From contig UYFQ01000001.1 in NCBI GenBank assembly GCA_900617105.1, positions 3,472,001 to 3,536,000 of the forward strand: 64,000 nucleotides of DNA. Reading direction: 5' to 3'. This document shows positions 1-12,062 of the stretch, one piece after another. Source of the DNA: Hydrurus foetidus. Taxonomy: Eukaryota. The notes beneath the pieces are model-generated. The model worked only from the letters and a program-made list of their open reading frames with translations. It ran no database searches and was not told the DNA's origin. Numbering within the stretch: position 1 is the stretch's first letter; each line of letters opens with the position of its first letter. The translations under genes were made by a program, and so were the position numbers.

Positions 1-1801
1 GGTAGCGGTAGAAAGCAGAAAAAGCGTGCGTAGGTGACAACCCTTTTTCAAACAGCAAGCGCATAGGATCGCCCTCGTAGCCGAACGAGGGTTGCACGGC
101 CACCAGGACATTGCCAAACTGTTTACCCAACACCATGATGGCACTGCCGTTGCTTAACTGTTTGCCTGGCGCCGCGCCCCATTGAGCTTCAATTTCAGAA
201 AGCCAGCGCTCGCGCTTAACGTGATCGTCAGTTGCAATCAAGGTGTGCACGTTAGCGTCTGCACCGTGCAGCGCGGCGTTGCCTTGCAAAACACTGTCCC
301 GCAGTTCGTCAATGCTGCCAGGCATATCAACCGTGTAGCCCTGTGCCTTCATAGCCGCCAGCGTATGAAAAAGGGATTCAAAAACCGACAGGTAAGCAGC
401 GCTGCCGATATTGCCGGCGTTCGGTGGGAAATTGAAAATCACCACGGCAACTTTGCGCATGGCGTATTCGGTGCGGCGAAGCGCGACCATTTTTGTAACG
501 CGAGCCGCTAGCATCATGGCGCGTTCCGGGCACGAGCTCATGTCTTGAGCGCTGTCGCTGGCCTTGAAAGTGCAGGCATGGTGGCAGCCGGTGCAAGTTA
601 CCCCAGGCGCGCCCGGGCGACCACCAAACACGATGGGACTGGTCGCGCCGTCCAGCTCAGGAATCGCCACCATGATGGTGCTTTCAACTGGCAGCAAACC
701 GCGATCAGAGCCGCCCCATTGCGCCAGGTTTTGAAACTCCACCGGATGCGCGGCAACGTACGGCACATCGAGCTTGGCGAGTACTTCTTCAGCCGCTTTC
801 GCGTCGTTGTAGGCCGGGCCGCCAACAAGTGAAAACCCAGTCAATGACACCACAGCATCAACTACTACCCGCCCGTCTTTAAAAAAGAACGCATCAATAG
901 CTGGCCGTGAGTCCAGGCCTGCGGCAAAAGCTGGCAGCACCCGCAAACCACGGGACTCAAGCGCGGCAATAACCCCGTCGTAATGACCGGCGTTTTGCGA
1001 CAGCAAGTAAGAGCGCAGCACCAACACACCCACGGTGCCATTGAACTCACCATGAGGCGACGACGGCAGGTTTAAAGGGTCTTCCGAGAACCGACCTGCC
1101 ATACGTGGGTGGTAGACACCGACTTCGGGGTACTCCACCGGCGCTGGAACTTTGGTCAAACCGCGCAAGCCCTTGCGGGCACCATCTGCACCGCGATCGA
1201 CCACGTGACGAATTAAATTAACGACGTTCTCATCAGAGCCGCCTAACCAGTATTGAAGCGACAAGAAATAAGCGCGCACGTCTTGGGCTGTGCCGGGCAC
1301 GAACCGCAGCATTTGCGGAATGCGGCGCAGCATTTTCATTTGCGCGGCGCCACCGGTAGACGCTTTGTCTTTGCTTCCGCGCAGTTTTTTCAACAGCGCC
1401 ATGGGTCCGCTGGCGGGCTTGTCCATGTCGAACTTGCCGAGCTTGGTGAGTTTCACCACCTCAGTGGCAGACATCATGCAAATCATGGCGTCGCAATGAT
1501 CGCGGCGGGCTCGCAAGTCGTCCAGAATGGGTAAGAAATGATCTTCAAGAAACAACATGCCAGCCACCACGATGTCTGCTTGAGCAATGTCTTGCTTGCA
1601 GCGCGCAATCGCTGCGTCGTTGCCCGCGTATTCTGATGCGGCATGCATCGACAGCTGCAACCCCGGTATCTCGCGCAGCAGCGCCGCATTCGCGCGTTGC
1701 GCTGCGCTGGCCAAGTGGGTGTCCATCGTGACCACCACCACCCGAATCGGTGTTGAAGGGCCAGCGGGTTTTGCTTCAGCGGCTGAAATGAGCTTTTGCA
1801 T
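1..1801 (-). CDS. bchH: Magnesium chelatase subunit H (5' part; runs off the window start)
   Basis: Absent from the ORF track because it has no stop in the window. Manual translation from ATG at 1801 gives [34 protein letters not shown]; the window edge reads [39 protein letters not shown] (BchH/ChlH motif). Overlaps the end of bchB as in bchFNBH operons. Confidence 0.95.
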   Translation of the reverse strand, partial: MQKLISAAEAKPAGPSTPIRVVVVTMDTHLASAAQRANAALLREIPGLQLSMHAASEYAGNDAAIARCKQDIAQADIVVAGMLFLEDHFLPILDDLRARRDHCDAMICMMSATEVVKLTKLGKFDMDKPASGPMALLKKLRGSKDKASTGGAAQMKMLRRIPQMLRFVPGTAQDVRAYFLSLQYWLGGSDENVVNLIRHVVDRGADGARKGLRGLTKVPAPVEYPEVGVYHPRMAGRFSEDPLNLPSSPHGEFNGTVGVLVLRSYLLSQNAGHYDGVIAALESRGLRVLPAFAAGLDSRPAIDAFFFKDGRVVVDAVVSLTGFSLVGGPAYNDAKAAEEVLAKLDVPYVAAHPVEFQNLAQWGGSDRGLLPVESTIMVAIPELDGATSPIVFGGRPGAPGVTCTGCHHACTFKASDSAQDMSSCPERAMMLAARVTKMVALRRTEYAMRKVAVVIFNFPPNAGNIGSAAYLSVFESLFHTLAAMKAQGYTVDMPGSIDELRDSVLQGNAALHGADANVHTLIATDDHVKRERWLSEIEAQWGAAPGKQLSNGSAIMVLGKQFGNVLVAVQPSFGYEGDPMRLLFEKGLSPTHAFSAFYRY

Positions 1802-3386
1802 CGTAAAGTGTCTCAATAGTGACGACCGGTACGCTGTGCATTTGGGCATAACGTTCGGTGTTTCGGCGGGCCTTGCCGCGTACGAAAAACGGAATTTTGC
1901 GAAGCTCTTTTTCGGCTTCTGGTGCCCACTGCGTGGGGAGTGCAATCGATTCGGCGGGTACGGGAGGCTGATCAACGGTTGCCGCCGCGGTGCTGGCAAT
2001 GGCGGGCTCTGAAGCTTCGCCGCTTGGCGCGTTGGCGCTAACTGCAGCCCGGCTGGCATGCCCACCCAAGTGGGAAGGCGCTGCGTCTTCATGAAACTCC
2101 GCATCGCCGCGGAACATACCGATCAAATGCTCTTCCAGACCCATCATCAGCGGGTGAACCCAGGTATCAAACATTACATTGGCGCCCTCAAAGCCCATTT
2201 GTGGGGAATACCTTGCCGGGAAATCCTGCACATGCACTGGCGCGGAAATCACTGCGCACGGAATCCCCAAGCGCTTGGCGATGTGGCGCTCCATTTGCGA
2301 GCCCAAGACCAGCTCTGGCTGCAGTTCAGCAACGCGGGCTTCTACTTCGAGGTAATCGTCCGTGATCAGTGCTTCAACGTCGTAAAGTTTGGCGGCATCG
2401 CGGACGTCTCTGGCGTGTTCTCGGCTGTAAGTGCCCAAGCCCACTACCGTAAAGCCGAGTTCGCGGCTGGCGATGCGTGCGGCGGCAATGGCGTGGGTGG
2501 CGTCACCAAAAACAAAAACACGCTTGTTGGTCAGGTAGGTCGAGTCAACTGATTTTGCGTACCACGGTGCGCGTGCATCGGCGCTGGCCAGTACCTTGGA
2601 AGGATCAACCCCAGCCAAGCCAGCTACTTCTTGAATAAACTCCCGTGTAGCGCCCGAACCGATGGGGATGATCTTGGTCGAGGGCTGGCCGAACGTGCGC
2701 GTCAGCCACTGAGCGGCGATCGATGCTATTTCGGGGTAAAGCACGACGTTAAAGTCTGCTTGCCCCAAGCGCGCCATGTCGTCGGGTGTGGCGGTTAAGG
2801 GTGCGACTACATTGATGTCAATGCCGAGCTCGGTAAGCAAGCCAGAGATTTCTCGCAAGTCGTCCCGGTGGCGAAAGCCGAGTGCAGTGGGGCCCAGAAT
2901 GTTGCAACTTGGGCGCTGACCGGCAGCGCGCTCGGTTTTGGTTGTCGGCTTGGCCAACGCCCGCACCAGCTGGTAAAAAGTCTCTGAAGCGCCCCAGTTT
3001 TCTTTGCGCTGATATGAAGGTAGCTCCAGTGCCACGACAGGTATTGGCAAATCAAGTGCTTTGGCCAAACCGCCCGGGTCGTCTTGAATCAGCTCTGCCG
3101 TGCACGACGCGCCGACCAGCATGGCCTTGGGCTTAAAGCGGTCATAAGCGTCTTTTGCAGCGGTTTTAAACAGCTCGGCGGTGTCGCCGCCCAAGTCGCG
3201 TGCCTGAAACGTGGTGTAGGTAACGGGCGGGCGTTTAGGCAGCCGCTCGATCATCGTAAAAAGCAGGTCAGCGTACGTGTCGCCCTGCGGTGCGTGCAAA
3301 ACGTAATGCACATCTTCCATAGCGGTAGCAACCCGCATGGCGCCCACATGAGGTGGGCCTTCGTATGTCCAAAGTGTGAGTTGCAT
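1776..3386 (-). CDS. bchB: Dark-operative protochlorophyllide reductase subunit B
   Basis: [20 protein letters not shown]...[13 protein letters not shown] start; C-terminal PCP-red domain [15 protein letters not shown]. Confidence 0.97.
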   Translation of the reverse strand: MQLTLWTYEGPPHVGAMRVATAMEDVHYVLHAPQGDTYADLLFTMIERLPKRPPVTYTTFQARDLGGDTAELFKTAAKDAYDRFKPKAMLVGASCTAELIQDDPGGLAKALDLPIPVVALELPSYQRKENWGASETFYQLVRALAKPTTKTERAAGQRPSCNILGPTALGFRHRDDLREISGLLTELGIDINVVAPLTATPDDMARLGQADFNVVLYPEIASIAAQWLTRTFGQPSTKIIPIGSGATREFIQEVAGLAGVDPSKVLASADARAPWYAKSVDSTYLTNKRVFVFGDATHAIAAARIASRELGFTVVGLGTYSREHARDVRDAAKLYDVEALITDDYLEVEARVAELQPELVLGSQMERHIAKRLGIPCAVISAPVHVQDFPARYSPQMGFEGANVMFDTWVHPLMMGLEEHLIGMFRGDAEFHEDAAPSHLGGHASRAAVSANAPSGEASEPAIASTAAATVDQPPVPAESIALPTQWAPEAEKELRKIPFFVRGKARRNTERYAQMHSVPVVTIETLYDAKAHFSR

Positions 3387-3396
3387 CGTTCGTGCT

Positions 3397-5240
<1,844 letters not shown>

Positions 5241-5247
5241 GGGTGTG

Positions 5248-5326
5248 AATTTAGCCTGACTTTCAAAATATGTCAACTTGTCTTGACGTAAATTTTACTT
5301 GACACGTGTTGGGTTACGGTTAAAGT
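5248..5326. promoter_or_regulatory. Back-to-back bchF / aerR promoters with two overlapping PpsR-type boxes
   Basis: TGT-N12-ACG at 5271-5288 and CGT-N12-ACA at 5287-5304, one mismatch each to TGT-N12-ACA. Minus strand: TTGACA (5276-5271), 17 bp, TAAATT (5253-5248). Plus strand: TTGACA (5299-5304), 16 bp, TAAAGT (5321-5326). Confidence 0.75.
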
Positions 5327-5543
5327 GGCGCCATATGGGAAGGTATGAATTGACTGATCAGTGTTTGCCCTGTACAACCCTTCGGAGCGCGGGGGAATGC
5401 TCTGCGGCGACCGCCGTAGAAAGCCGCGTTTTCGGGTTTTCTGGGTTATCAGTGCAAACATTGACGGCGAAACGTGCTTCCGACTGGATTCGGTATGTAC
5501 GGTAGCCGCTTCATTCGCGCCAAGCGCGAGGAGACGTAAAAAC

Positions 5544-6542
5544 ATGGCCTCACGTACCAACACCATGACTGGCGCACCCGATGCCGCCCAGTCGAACAAT
5601 GGCGCTGAGCAACTCGGCTTTGTGCAAGCCACCGACGGCAGCGCCTACACCGAGGGCAGCCAGGCGATTGCCAGAATCGCGACTGACGCCAATCGTGAAG
5701 CCGTGGATATGCGCCTGGCTTTGCTGTCCCGGGCGATTGAGCATGAAATTATTCCGCGCTTGATGTTGGCGCACCAGACCCCGGACGCTTGTATTTCGCT
5801 GTTGCAGTCGTCTACCCCGCAAGTCAGCACGGAAGACGTTCGCGCTTTTGCTAAATTGGTGTTGGCCCCCGACGAGAACGTGGCCCACGCCTGTATTGAA
5901 GCCATGCGCGTGCGCGGCATTTCGGTAGAAACCATCTATCTGGACTTGCTCGCCCCGGTTGCCCGCTACCTGGGTGAATTGTGGGAACAAGATTTGTGCG
6001 ACTTTACTGAGGTCACCGTGGGCCTGGGCCGCTTGCAGCAGGTGCTGCGCGAGCTTAGCCCGGCATTTGGCCACTCCAACGACTTGGCCAGCGGGCGCAG
6101 CGTATTGCTGTTGCCTGGCCCAGGCGAGCAGCACACCTTCGGCCTGGTCATGGTGGCGGAATTTTTCCGCCGCGCTGGCTGGGACGTGGGCGGTGGCCCG
6201 TGGGAGGCTGGCGCGGACCCGGTGCTGATGGTCAAGCGTGAGTGGTTTGATGTGGTCGGGTTTTCTTTAGGCAACGAAGGCCATGTCGATGAACTTGCAG
6301 CCTGTATTAAAAGCGTTAAAGCTGCCGCATTGAACCCCGCTATGTGCGTGATTGTGGGCGGCCCCATATTTATGCAACGCCCAGAGTTTGTGGCTTATGT
6401 AGGCGCCGATGCGGCTGCCACCGACGGCGCTCAGGCGCCCGAAATCGCCGCCAAATTGGTTGCCGCGTGTGCTGCTTCGACTAACGCAAACCGCAGCGCG
6501 GGTGCGGCAATTAAAACCGTTAGCTCGGTTACCTCTGGATAG
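5544..6542 (+). CDS. aerR: Cobalamin-binding PpsR antirepressor (AerR/PpaA family)
   Basis: EIIPRLMLAH, LLAPVARYLGELWEQDLCDF and GEQHTFG (ExHxxG B12-binding) motifs; directly upstream of ppsR; GAGGAG before ATG 5544. Confidence 0.88.
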   Translation: MASRTNTMTGAPDAAQSNNGAEQLGFVQATDGSAYTEGSQAIARIATDANREAVDMRLALLSRAIEHEIIPRLMLAHQTPDACISLLQSSTPQVSTEDVRAFAKLVLAPDENVAHACIEAMRVRGISVETIYLDLLAPVARYLGELWEQDLCDFTEVTVGLGRLQQVLRELSPAFGHSNDLASGRSVLLLPGPGEQHTFGLVMVAEFFRRAGWDVGGGPWEAGADPVLMVKREWFDVVGFSLGNEGHVDELAACIKSVKAAALNPAMCVIVGGPIFMQRPEFVAYVGADAAATDGAQAPEIAAKLVAACAASTNANRSAGAAIKTVSSVTSG

Positions 6543-6550
6543 CCTAGTCA

Positions 6551-7993
6551 ATGCTCCCGGCCACAGAAGAAAACATCATTGGGCACTTTGAACGACCAGA
6601 GTTGTTTCTTGCCGGGCTAGACGCAGAAACCGCAGCGTCCCTGATTTCAGCCGCCGCTGATGTGGCGCTGATTCTCGATGAGGCCGGTGTCATTCAGGAC
6701 ATGGCGTTCGGCAACGACGAACTTAAGCAACACGGCTACCTCGACTGGTTGGGCAAATCCTGGCTGCAGACGGTCACTGTTGAAAGCCAGCCCAAAGTCA
6801 CTGAAATGCTGAGCGAAGCCGCGCTGGGCAGCAGCAAATGGCGGCACATCAACCACCCGTCTGCTGATGGCGCTGACCTCGCGTTTTTATATTCGGTGGT
6901 GCCGGTTAACCGTGCATCGGGCAGAAAGCACGCCATTGCTTTTGGGCGTGACCTGCGTTCGCAAGTGGCGCTGCAGCAACGGCTGGTCAGTGCCCAGCTG
7001 TCGATGGAGCGCGACTACTGGCGACTGCGCCACGTCGAAACCCGCTACCGGCTGTTGTTTCAAGTTGCCGCCGAGGCAGTGCTGATATTTGACGCCACAT
7101 CTGAAAAGCTTGAAGAAGCCAACCCCGCCGCCTACAAATTGCTGGGCGACAAAGCGCGCCGCGCCGGTTGGGTGCTGTCAGAAAGTCTGGACGCAGCCAG
7201 CATTCCGGCGGCGCAGCAACTGTTTGCGGCGTTGCGCGCAACTGGGCGAGCCGAGCCCATCACCGTGTGCTTTGCCGACGCGCCTGAGGCGTTTACTGTG
7301 TCGGGCTCGTTGTTTCGCCAAGAAAACTCCACGCACTTGCTGGTGCGCATCACGCCGGTAAAACCTGCTTCTGCCTCAACCGACAGCGCGGCCGTGCAAA
7401 TGATGATTCAGGCGATTGACTGCGCGCCCGATGCGTTTGTGGTCACAGATGTCAATGGCCATGTGCTGTCGGTGAATCGCGCGTTTTTAGAGCTGACACA
7501 GCTCGCCAGCGAAGAACTGGCACGCGGGGAGTCATTGCAAAAGTGGTTGGGCCGCAGCGGCGTTGACCTGAATGTGTTGATTTCCAACCTGCGCCAGCGC
7601 GGCACGGTGCGCCTGTTTGCCACCACGCTGCGGGGTGAATACGGCTCGTCGTCTGAAGTTGAAATTTCTGCGGTGTCGATTACCACCGGCAGCCAGCCGT
7701 GTTTGGGTTTTACCATTCGCGATGTGGGCCGGCGTTTGACGAACGAGGCCCTCACGACCAAAGAGTTGCCTCGTTCAGCCGGGCAAATGACCGAGCTGGT
7801 CGGGCGCGTGCCGCTGCGCGACATTGTGCGCGAAACCACCGACTTGATTGAGCAGCTTTGCATTGAAGCCGCGCTGGAGTTGACCGGTGACAACCGCGCC
7901 GCTGCCGCTGAGATGCTGGGCCTGTCCAGGCAAAGTCTGTATGTCAAGCTCAAGCGCTTTGGCATTGGCGGCGACATCGCGACGGACGCATAA
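6551..7993 (+). CDS. ppsR: Photosynthesis gene regulator PpsR/CrtJ (PAS domains + Fis-type HTH)
   Basis: QQRLVSAQLSMERDYWRLRHVETRYRLLF Q-linker; C-terminal IEQLCIEAALELTGDNRAAAAEMLGLSRQSLYVKLKRFG. Confidence 0.96.
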   Translation: MLPATEENIIGHFERPELFLAGLDAETAASLISAAADVALILDEAGVIQDMAFGNDELKQHGYLDWLGKSWLQTVTVESQPKVTEMLSEAALGSSKWRHINHPSADGADLAFLYSVVPVNRASGRKHAIAFGRDLRSQVALQQRLVSAQLSMERDYWRLRHVETRYRLLFQVAAEAVLIFDATSEKLEEANPAAYKLLGDKARRAGWVLSESLDAASIPAAQQLFAALRATGRAEPITVCFADAPEAFTVSGSLFRQENSTHLLVRITPVKPASASTDSAAVQMMIQAIDCAPDAFVVTDVNGHVLSVNRAFLELTQLASEELARGESLQKWLGRSGVDLNVLISNLRQRGTVRLFATTLRGEYGSSSEVEISAVSITTGSQPCLGFTIRDVGRRLTNEALTTKELPRSAGQMTELVGRVPLRDIVRETTDLIEQLCIEAALELTGDNRAAAAEMLGLSRQSLYVKLKRFGIGGDIATDA

Positions 7994-8052
7994 ACTGCGC
8001 TTTCGCAGCTGCACAATCGCCTCTGCACAAGTGCTGCAGTGAGATAAATTAT

Positions 8053-8106
8053 GCTATTAATTAAATAGCCGCTCGCGCCCGTATTTATTGGGCTAGAGGC
8101 CTAAAA
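8053..8106 (+). repeat. Dispersed palindromic REP-like repeat, family A (reference copy, intergenic)
   Basis: GCTATTAATTAAATAGCCGCTCGCGCCCGTATTTATTGGGCTAGAGGCCTAAAA: a GCTAT..ATAGC hairpin plus a GCCC..GGGC hairpin; recurs throughout the window. Confidence 0.9.
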
Positions 8107-8229
8107 CAATCTGATTTTGAGCCTTTTTTGGCTTAAAAAGCTTCCTCGCCCCGAAGTTACTCCACAGCCGTCCCGAAGCTGCCCGCAAGTCGCCATGATG
8201 CTGCGTTGCACTTGCCGTAACCTTGCTAC

Positions 8230-8283
8230 AAAGTCGACACAAGCTCGACACAAGCTCGACACAAGCTCGACACAAGCTCGACA
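8230..8283 (+). repeat. 11-bp tandem repeat (CAAGCTCGACA)x4 plus a partial copy
   Basis: Perfect units at 8240, 8251, 8262 and 8273; degenerate unit at 8230-8239. Confidence 0.95.
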
Positions 8284-8303
8284 AAAGCCAACTTAGACTC
8301 GGA

Positions 8304-9707
8304 TCAAGCCGCGCCGCTGGCTTGGTTAAGTGAATTTAGTGAGTCCAGCTGCTGCCGATTAATGCCGAGCAGCGTGGCGGCTTTGTTCAGATCGGCACCG
8401 GCACGCTCCATGGCCATGCGAATAAAGTTGCGCTGCAGCACGTCAGCGGCGCGGCGCATCAGCTCGGGCAACGCGGCGCTGCCCACTTGGTCGCACAGCA
8501 CTTTGACAGCAGCCTGCATCGGCTCTACCGTTACTTCTAGCGCGCCGCTGGCACTGGGCATCACGCGAATGCTAAAACCAATACACGGCGGGTCGATCTC
8601 GCTCAGCAGCGTAGCCGCCACTTCGACTGGCCGAAGCTGCGCGTCGCTTTGCAGCGCCTGCGAAGGCGTGAAGTCCACCATGCCGTCGCGCTGCACGCGC
8701 GACAGTATGTTGGCAAACGGCTCGCTGGGCAGGCTGATCCAGTCCGACAGCGGCTTGCCCCGCACAGACGCTTCGGTGCTGGCTTGCACCATTTTTAAAA
8801 ACGCGGCGTTGGCCAGCAGCACGCCGCCGTCAACGTCAGTCACTGCCGCGCCGTCGGTTGCGCTGTCGACCAGCCGCGCCAGCGTAGCGCCCATATCGGT
8901 AGATGAGCCCAACGCTGCGGTAGAGCGGATTCGCACTAACAATTGCTGGCTGTCGAGCACACGAAACGGCGTGGCCGTAACGCTGGTGCTGCTGACTTTG
9001 CCCATCAGGCGTGCACGCGTTTCAGCGGAATGGCCACTTTCAAGCGCGGTGCGCATCATGGCGTTCACCGTCTCGCGTGAGGTGCGGTCAAAGCCAAAGG
9101 TGGCGCTTTGCCCCATCACTTGCGCGGGCGTTAAATCAAATAATTCAGAAGCGCTCTGGTTCGCTTCTACTATCTTTAACGTAGCGCCATCTACAACGAT
9201 TACAGCGTCGGTAGCGACTTGAAACAGCAAACGATAGCGCGCTTCAGATTGGCGGGCGCGGCTGTAGTTGCGCTCCATTTCTTGTTGCGCACCTAAAAAC
9301 CGCTGCTGCAACGCGGCGCTGATGCCTAAGTCGCGGCCCACCGCCAAGATGGGCCCGCGTGAGCCCAGCCGGATGGCGGTGTAAGCCACGGGTACGTTCA
9401 CGCCGCCTGAGCCGGTGTGGTTAATTTCGCGTTTTTTGGTGGCGCAGGTGGGGGTGGCTTCGGCAATCAAGCGTTCGAGTTTGGGCCGGCTTTCAACCGT
9501 GACGGTGTCTGCCCAGCGGTGGCCTACCCACGTGTGCGCGTCGCTGGCCAGCGGCGTAGACGCACGCTGGTCAACTCGCTGAATAATGCCGTTTTCGTCA
9601 ATGACGAGTGCAATATCGCCACCGAGCGACACCATGGTTTGCGCCAATTCTGGTGCCCACTCTGATAAAGATTCAGAAAATAAAACAGCGTTGTTAGGTG
9701 TAGTCAT
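8304..9707 (-). CDS. Second PpsR-like multi-PAS regulator (PpsR2-like) with a degenerate HTH
   Basis: Collinear with PpsR: WADTVTVESRPK, GRDL..LQQRFLGAQQEMERNY...EARYRLLFQVA, C-terminal AATLLGINRQQL. Confidence 0.85.
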   Translation of the reverse strand: MTTPNNAVLFSESLSEWAPELAQTMVSLGGDIALVIDENGIIQRVDQRASTPLASDAHTWVGHRWADTVTVESRPKLERLIAEATPTCATKKREINHTGSGGVNVPVAYTAIRLGSRGPILAVGRDLGISAALQQRFLGAQQEMERNYSRARQSEARYRLLFQVATDAVIVVDGATLKIVEANQSASELFDLTPAQVMGQSATFGFDRTSRETVNAMMRTALESGHSAETRARLMGKVSSTSVTATPFRVLDSQQLLVRIRSTAALGSSTDMGATLARLVDSATDGAAVTDVDGGVLLANAAFLKMVQASTEASVRGKPLSDWISLPSEPFANILSRVQRDGMVDFTPSQALQSDAQLRPVEVAATLLSEIDPPCIGFSIRVMPSASGALEVTVEPMQAAVKVLCDQVGSAALPELMRRAADVLQRNFIRMAMERAGADLNKAATLLGINRQQLDSLNSLNQASGAA

Positions 9708-9833
9708 GACTTACCTCTAATCCAATGCGGCCGGCATATCGGTATGGATATCGGCCCACAGCGCGCGACGGATCAGCAAGCACGCTGCGGTTTTTGAATT
9801 TTTAGCTTTCCTCGACATATTCATAGTTTACAC

Positions 9834-9877
9834 TGTAAACTTAGATTGACACAAGCAAGTGTCAATAATATAATACA
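9834..9877 (+). promoter_or_regulatory. bchG promoter: consensus sigma70 -35/-10 covered by two perfect PpsR boxes
   Basis: TGT-N12-ACA at 9834-9851 and 9860-9877 (8 bp apart); TTGACA 9846-9851, 17 bp, TATAAT 9869-9874. Confidence 0.92.
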
Positions 9878-9880
9878 CAC

Positions 9881-10783
9881 ATGACCGCAACAGCATTAAG
9901 CCAACGCCCGTCCTTGGGGACTGTGGCAGAGCTTTTTAAACCCATTACCTGGTTCCCGCCTATGTGGGCGTTTGCCTGCGGTGTGGTGGCATCGGGCGTG
10001 TCTTTACAAGGCAAATGGCTGCTGGCATTGGTCGGCATCGCGTTGGCTGGCCCTTTTGTCTGTGCCACCAGCCAGGCTGTTAATGACTGGTATGACCGCC
10101 ATGTCGACGCCATCAACGAGCCCCAGCGGCCCATACCGTCTGGCCGCATGCCGGGTCAGTGGGGCTTTTATATAGCGGTGCTGTGGACAGTTGTTTCGTT
10201 ATTGGTAGCCACTGCGCTCGGCCCTTGGGGTTTTGGGGCGGCGGTAGTGGGTTTGCTGTTGGCCTGGGCGTACAGCGCGCCGCCTATTCGATTGAAAGAA
10301 AACGGCTGGTGGGGCAACGCGGCCTGCGGCTTCAGCTACGAAGGCATTGCCTGGGCAACCGGTGCAGCCGTGATGGCCGGGGGCTTGATGCCCGACGGGC
10401 GCTCGCTGCTGTTGGCGGCGCTGTACAGCGTGGGCACGCACGGCATCATGACGCTGAACGACTTTAAAGCGGTAGAAGGCGACCGGCAAATGGGTGTGCG
10501 CTCTTTGCCGGTGCAACTGGGCATCAACAAAGCCGCTTTGGTGGCGTGCTGGGTCATGGCGGTGCCGCAACTGGCTGTGATTGCACTGCTGCTGTGGTGG
10601 GACAAACCGCTGCACGGCATGGCCGTGGCGGCACTGCTTTTTGCACAACTGGGTTTGATGAGTCATTTTTTGGCCAGCGCCAGCAAGCGTGCGCTCTGGT
10701 ACAGCGGTTTTGGTGTGCCGTTTTTTGTGGCCGGCATGATGGTGAGTGCTTTTGCGGTGCGCGGCCTGGTCGCGCCAGGTTAG
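9881..10783 (+). CDS. bchG: Bacteriochlorophyll synthase (UbiA family)
   Basis: ELFKPITWFPPMWAFACG, NDWYDRHVDAINEPQRPIPSG and MTLNDFKAVEGD motifs. Confidence 0.97.
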   Translation: MTATALSQRPSLGTVAELFKPITWFPPMWAFACGVVASGVSLQGKWLLALVGIALAGPFVCATSQAVNDWYDRHVDAINEPQRPIPSGRMPGQWGFYIAVLWTVVSLLVATALGPWGFGAAVVGLLLAWAYSAPPIRLKENGWWGNAACGFSYEGIAWATGAAVMAGGLMPDGRSLLLAALYSVGTHGIMTLNDFKAVEGDRQMGVRSLPVQLGINKAALVACWVMAVPQLAVIALLLWWDKPLHGMAVAALLFAQLGLMSHFLASASKRALWYSGFGVPFFVAGMMVSAFAVRGLVAPG

Positions 10784-10828
10784 TTTTTTTCAAACGATGT
10801 GGATGTGTCAACTTACAAGGTGAACAAC

Positions 10829-12034
10829 ATGGGTCAAACTGAAACTTTTGATGTGGTGGTAGTGGGCGGTGGGCCAGCAGGTGCCACGGCAGCGCGCAAG
10901 CTGGCGCAGCAAGGGCGCTCGGTATTGCTGCTTGATCGTGCGGGCCGCGTCAAACCGTGCGGCGGCGCGATTCCGCCGCGCCTGATCAAAGACTTTGAAA
11001 TTCCCGACAAGCTGCTGGTTGCCCGCGCCACATCTGCTCGCATGGTGTCGCCGACCAACAAGCATGTCGATATTCCAATTGACAACGGTTTTGTGGGCAT
11101 GGTCGACCGCGAGCATTTTGACGAGTGGCTGCGTGAGCGCGCAGTTGCCGCAGGCGCTGTGCTGCGCACCGGCACGTTTGACCGCATTGAGCGCGATGCC
11201 GCAGGTAACGCTACGGTGCATTTTCAAGCGCGTGGCCGCGCGGGCCGCGCCGACAGCACACCCAGCTGCGTGCGCGCCAAATCGATCATTGGCGCAGACG
11301 GCGCCAAGTCTGAAGTGGCTCGCCAGGAAGTGAAAGCGGCGCTGTACGCCAAGTGCGTGTTCGCGTACCACGAGATTGTTCGCGCCCCGGCAGTCAAGCC
11401 TCAAGGCTATGACGATTCGCGTTGCGATGTGTTTTACCAAGGCAAGTTGTCGCCTGACTTTTACGGCTGGGTGTTCCCGCATGGCGACACATTAAGCATT
11501 GGCACCGGCAGCGCCGACAAGGGCTTTTCACTGCGCGGCGCAACGGCTCAGCTTCGCCAGCAAGCCGGTTTGGCCGGTGCTGAAACACTGCGGCGCGAAG
11601 GTGCGCCGCTGCCCATGAAGCCGCTCAAGCGCTGGGACAACGGCCGCGACGTCGTGCTGGCTGGTGACGCCGCTGGGGTGGTAGCACCAGCATCGGGCGA
11701 AGGCATTTATTACGCCATGGTGGGCGGCGAGCTGGCTGCGCAGTCAGTTGAACAACTGCTGCAAACCGGCAATGTGGGCGTATTGAAATTGGCCCGTAAA
11801 CGCTTCATGAAAGAGCACGGCCTGGTGTTTGGCGTTCTTGGCATCATGCAGTGGTTTTGGTACAGCAGCGACCGCCGCCGCGAGCGTTTTGTGAAAATTT
11901 GCGAAGACCGCGACGTGCAGCAGTTAACTTTTGAGTCGTACATGAACAAAAAATTGGTGCGCAAAAAACCCATGGCACATGTGCGTATTTTCTTCAAAGA
12001 CATGGGCCACTTGCTGGGCCTGGCCAAGGTTTGA
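10829..12034 (+). CDS. bchP: Geranylgeranyl reductase
   Basis: VVVVGGGPAG FAD fold, KPCGGAIPPRL, SPDFYGWVFPHG, SGEGIYYAM. Confidence 0.96.
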   Translation: MGQTETFDVVVVGGGPAGATAARKLAQQGRSVLLLDRAGRVKPCGGAIPPRLIKDFEIPDKLLVARATSARMVSPTNKHVDIPIDNGFVGMVDREHFDEWLRERAVAAGAVLRTGTFDRIERDAAGNATVHFQARGRAGRADSTPSCVRAKSIIGADGAKSEVARQEVKAALYAKCVFAYHEIVRAPAVKPQGYDDSRCDVFYQGKLSPDFYGWVFPHGDTLSIGTGSADKGFSLRGATAQLRQQAGLAGAETLRREGAPLPMKPLKRWDNGRDVVLAGDAAGVVAPASGEGIYYAMVGGELAAQSVEQLLQTGNVGVLKLARKRFMKEHGLVFGVLGIMQWFWYSSDRRRERFVKICEDRDVQQLTFESYMNKKLVRKKPMAHVRIFFKDMGHLLGLAKV

Positions 12035-12062
12035 CCACCGCGCTTGCAGCTAACTGTGCGCC

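Noticed and set aside
182..1689. Short ORFs listed in the first 1.7 kb
   Set aside because: All overlap bchH, which the ORF track missed because it has no stop codon inside the window.
8230..8283. Tandem repeat as a possible CRISPR array
   Set aside because: Units are 11 bp and contiguous, with no spacers and no cas genes nearby.
8362..9222. Long alternative ORFs such as 8362-9222 (+), 21582-22451 (-) and 25299-26144 (+)
   Set aside because: Antisense shadows of well-supported genes in GC-rich DNA; no recognisable motifs.
9846..9865. TTGACAC-N6-GTGTCAA palindrome as an FNR/CRP-family site
   Set aside because: Spacing does not match TTGAT-N4-ATCAA; it arises from the inner halves of the two PpsR boxes.
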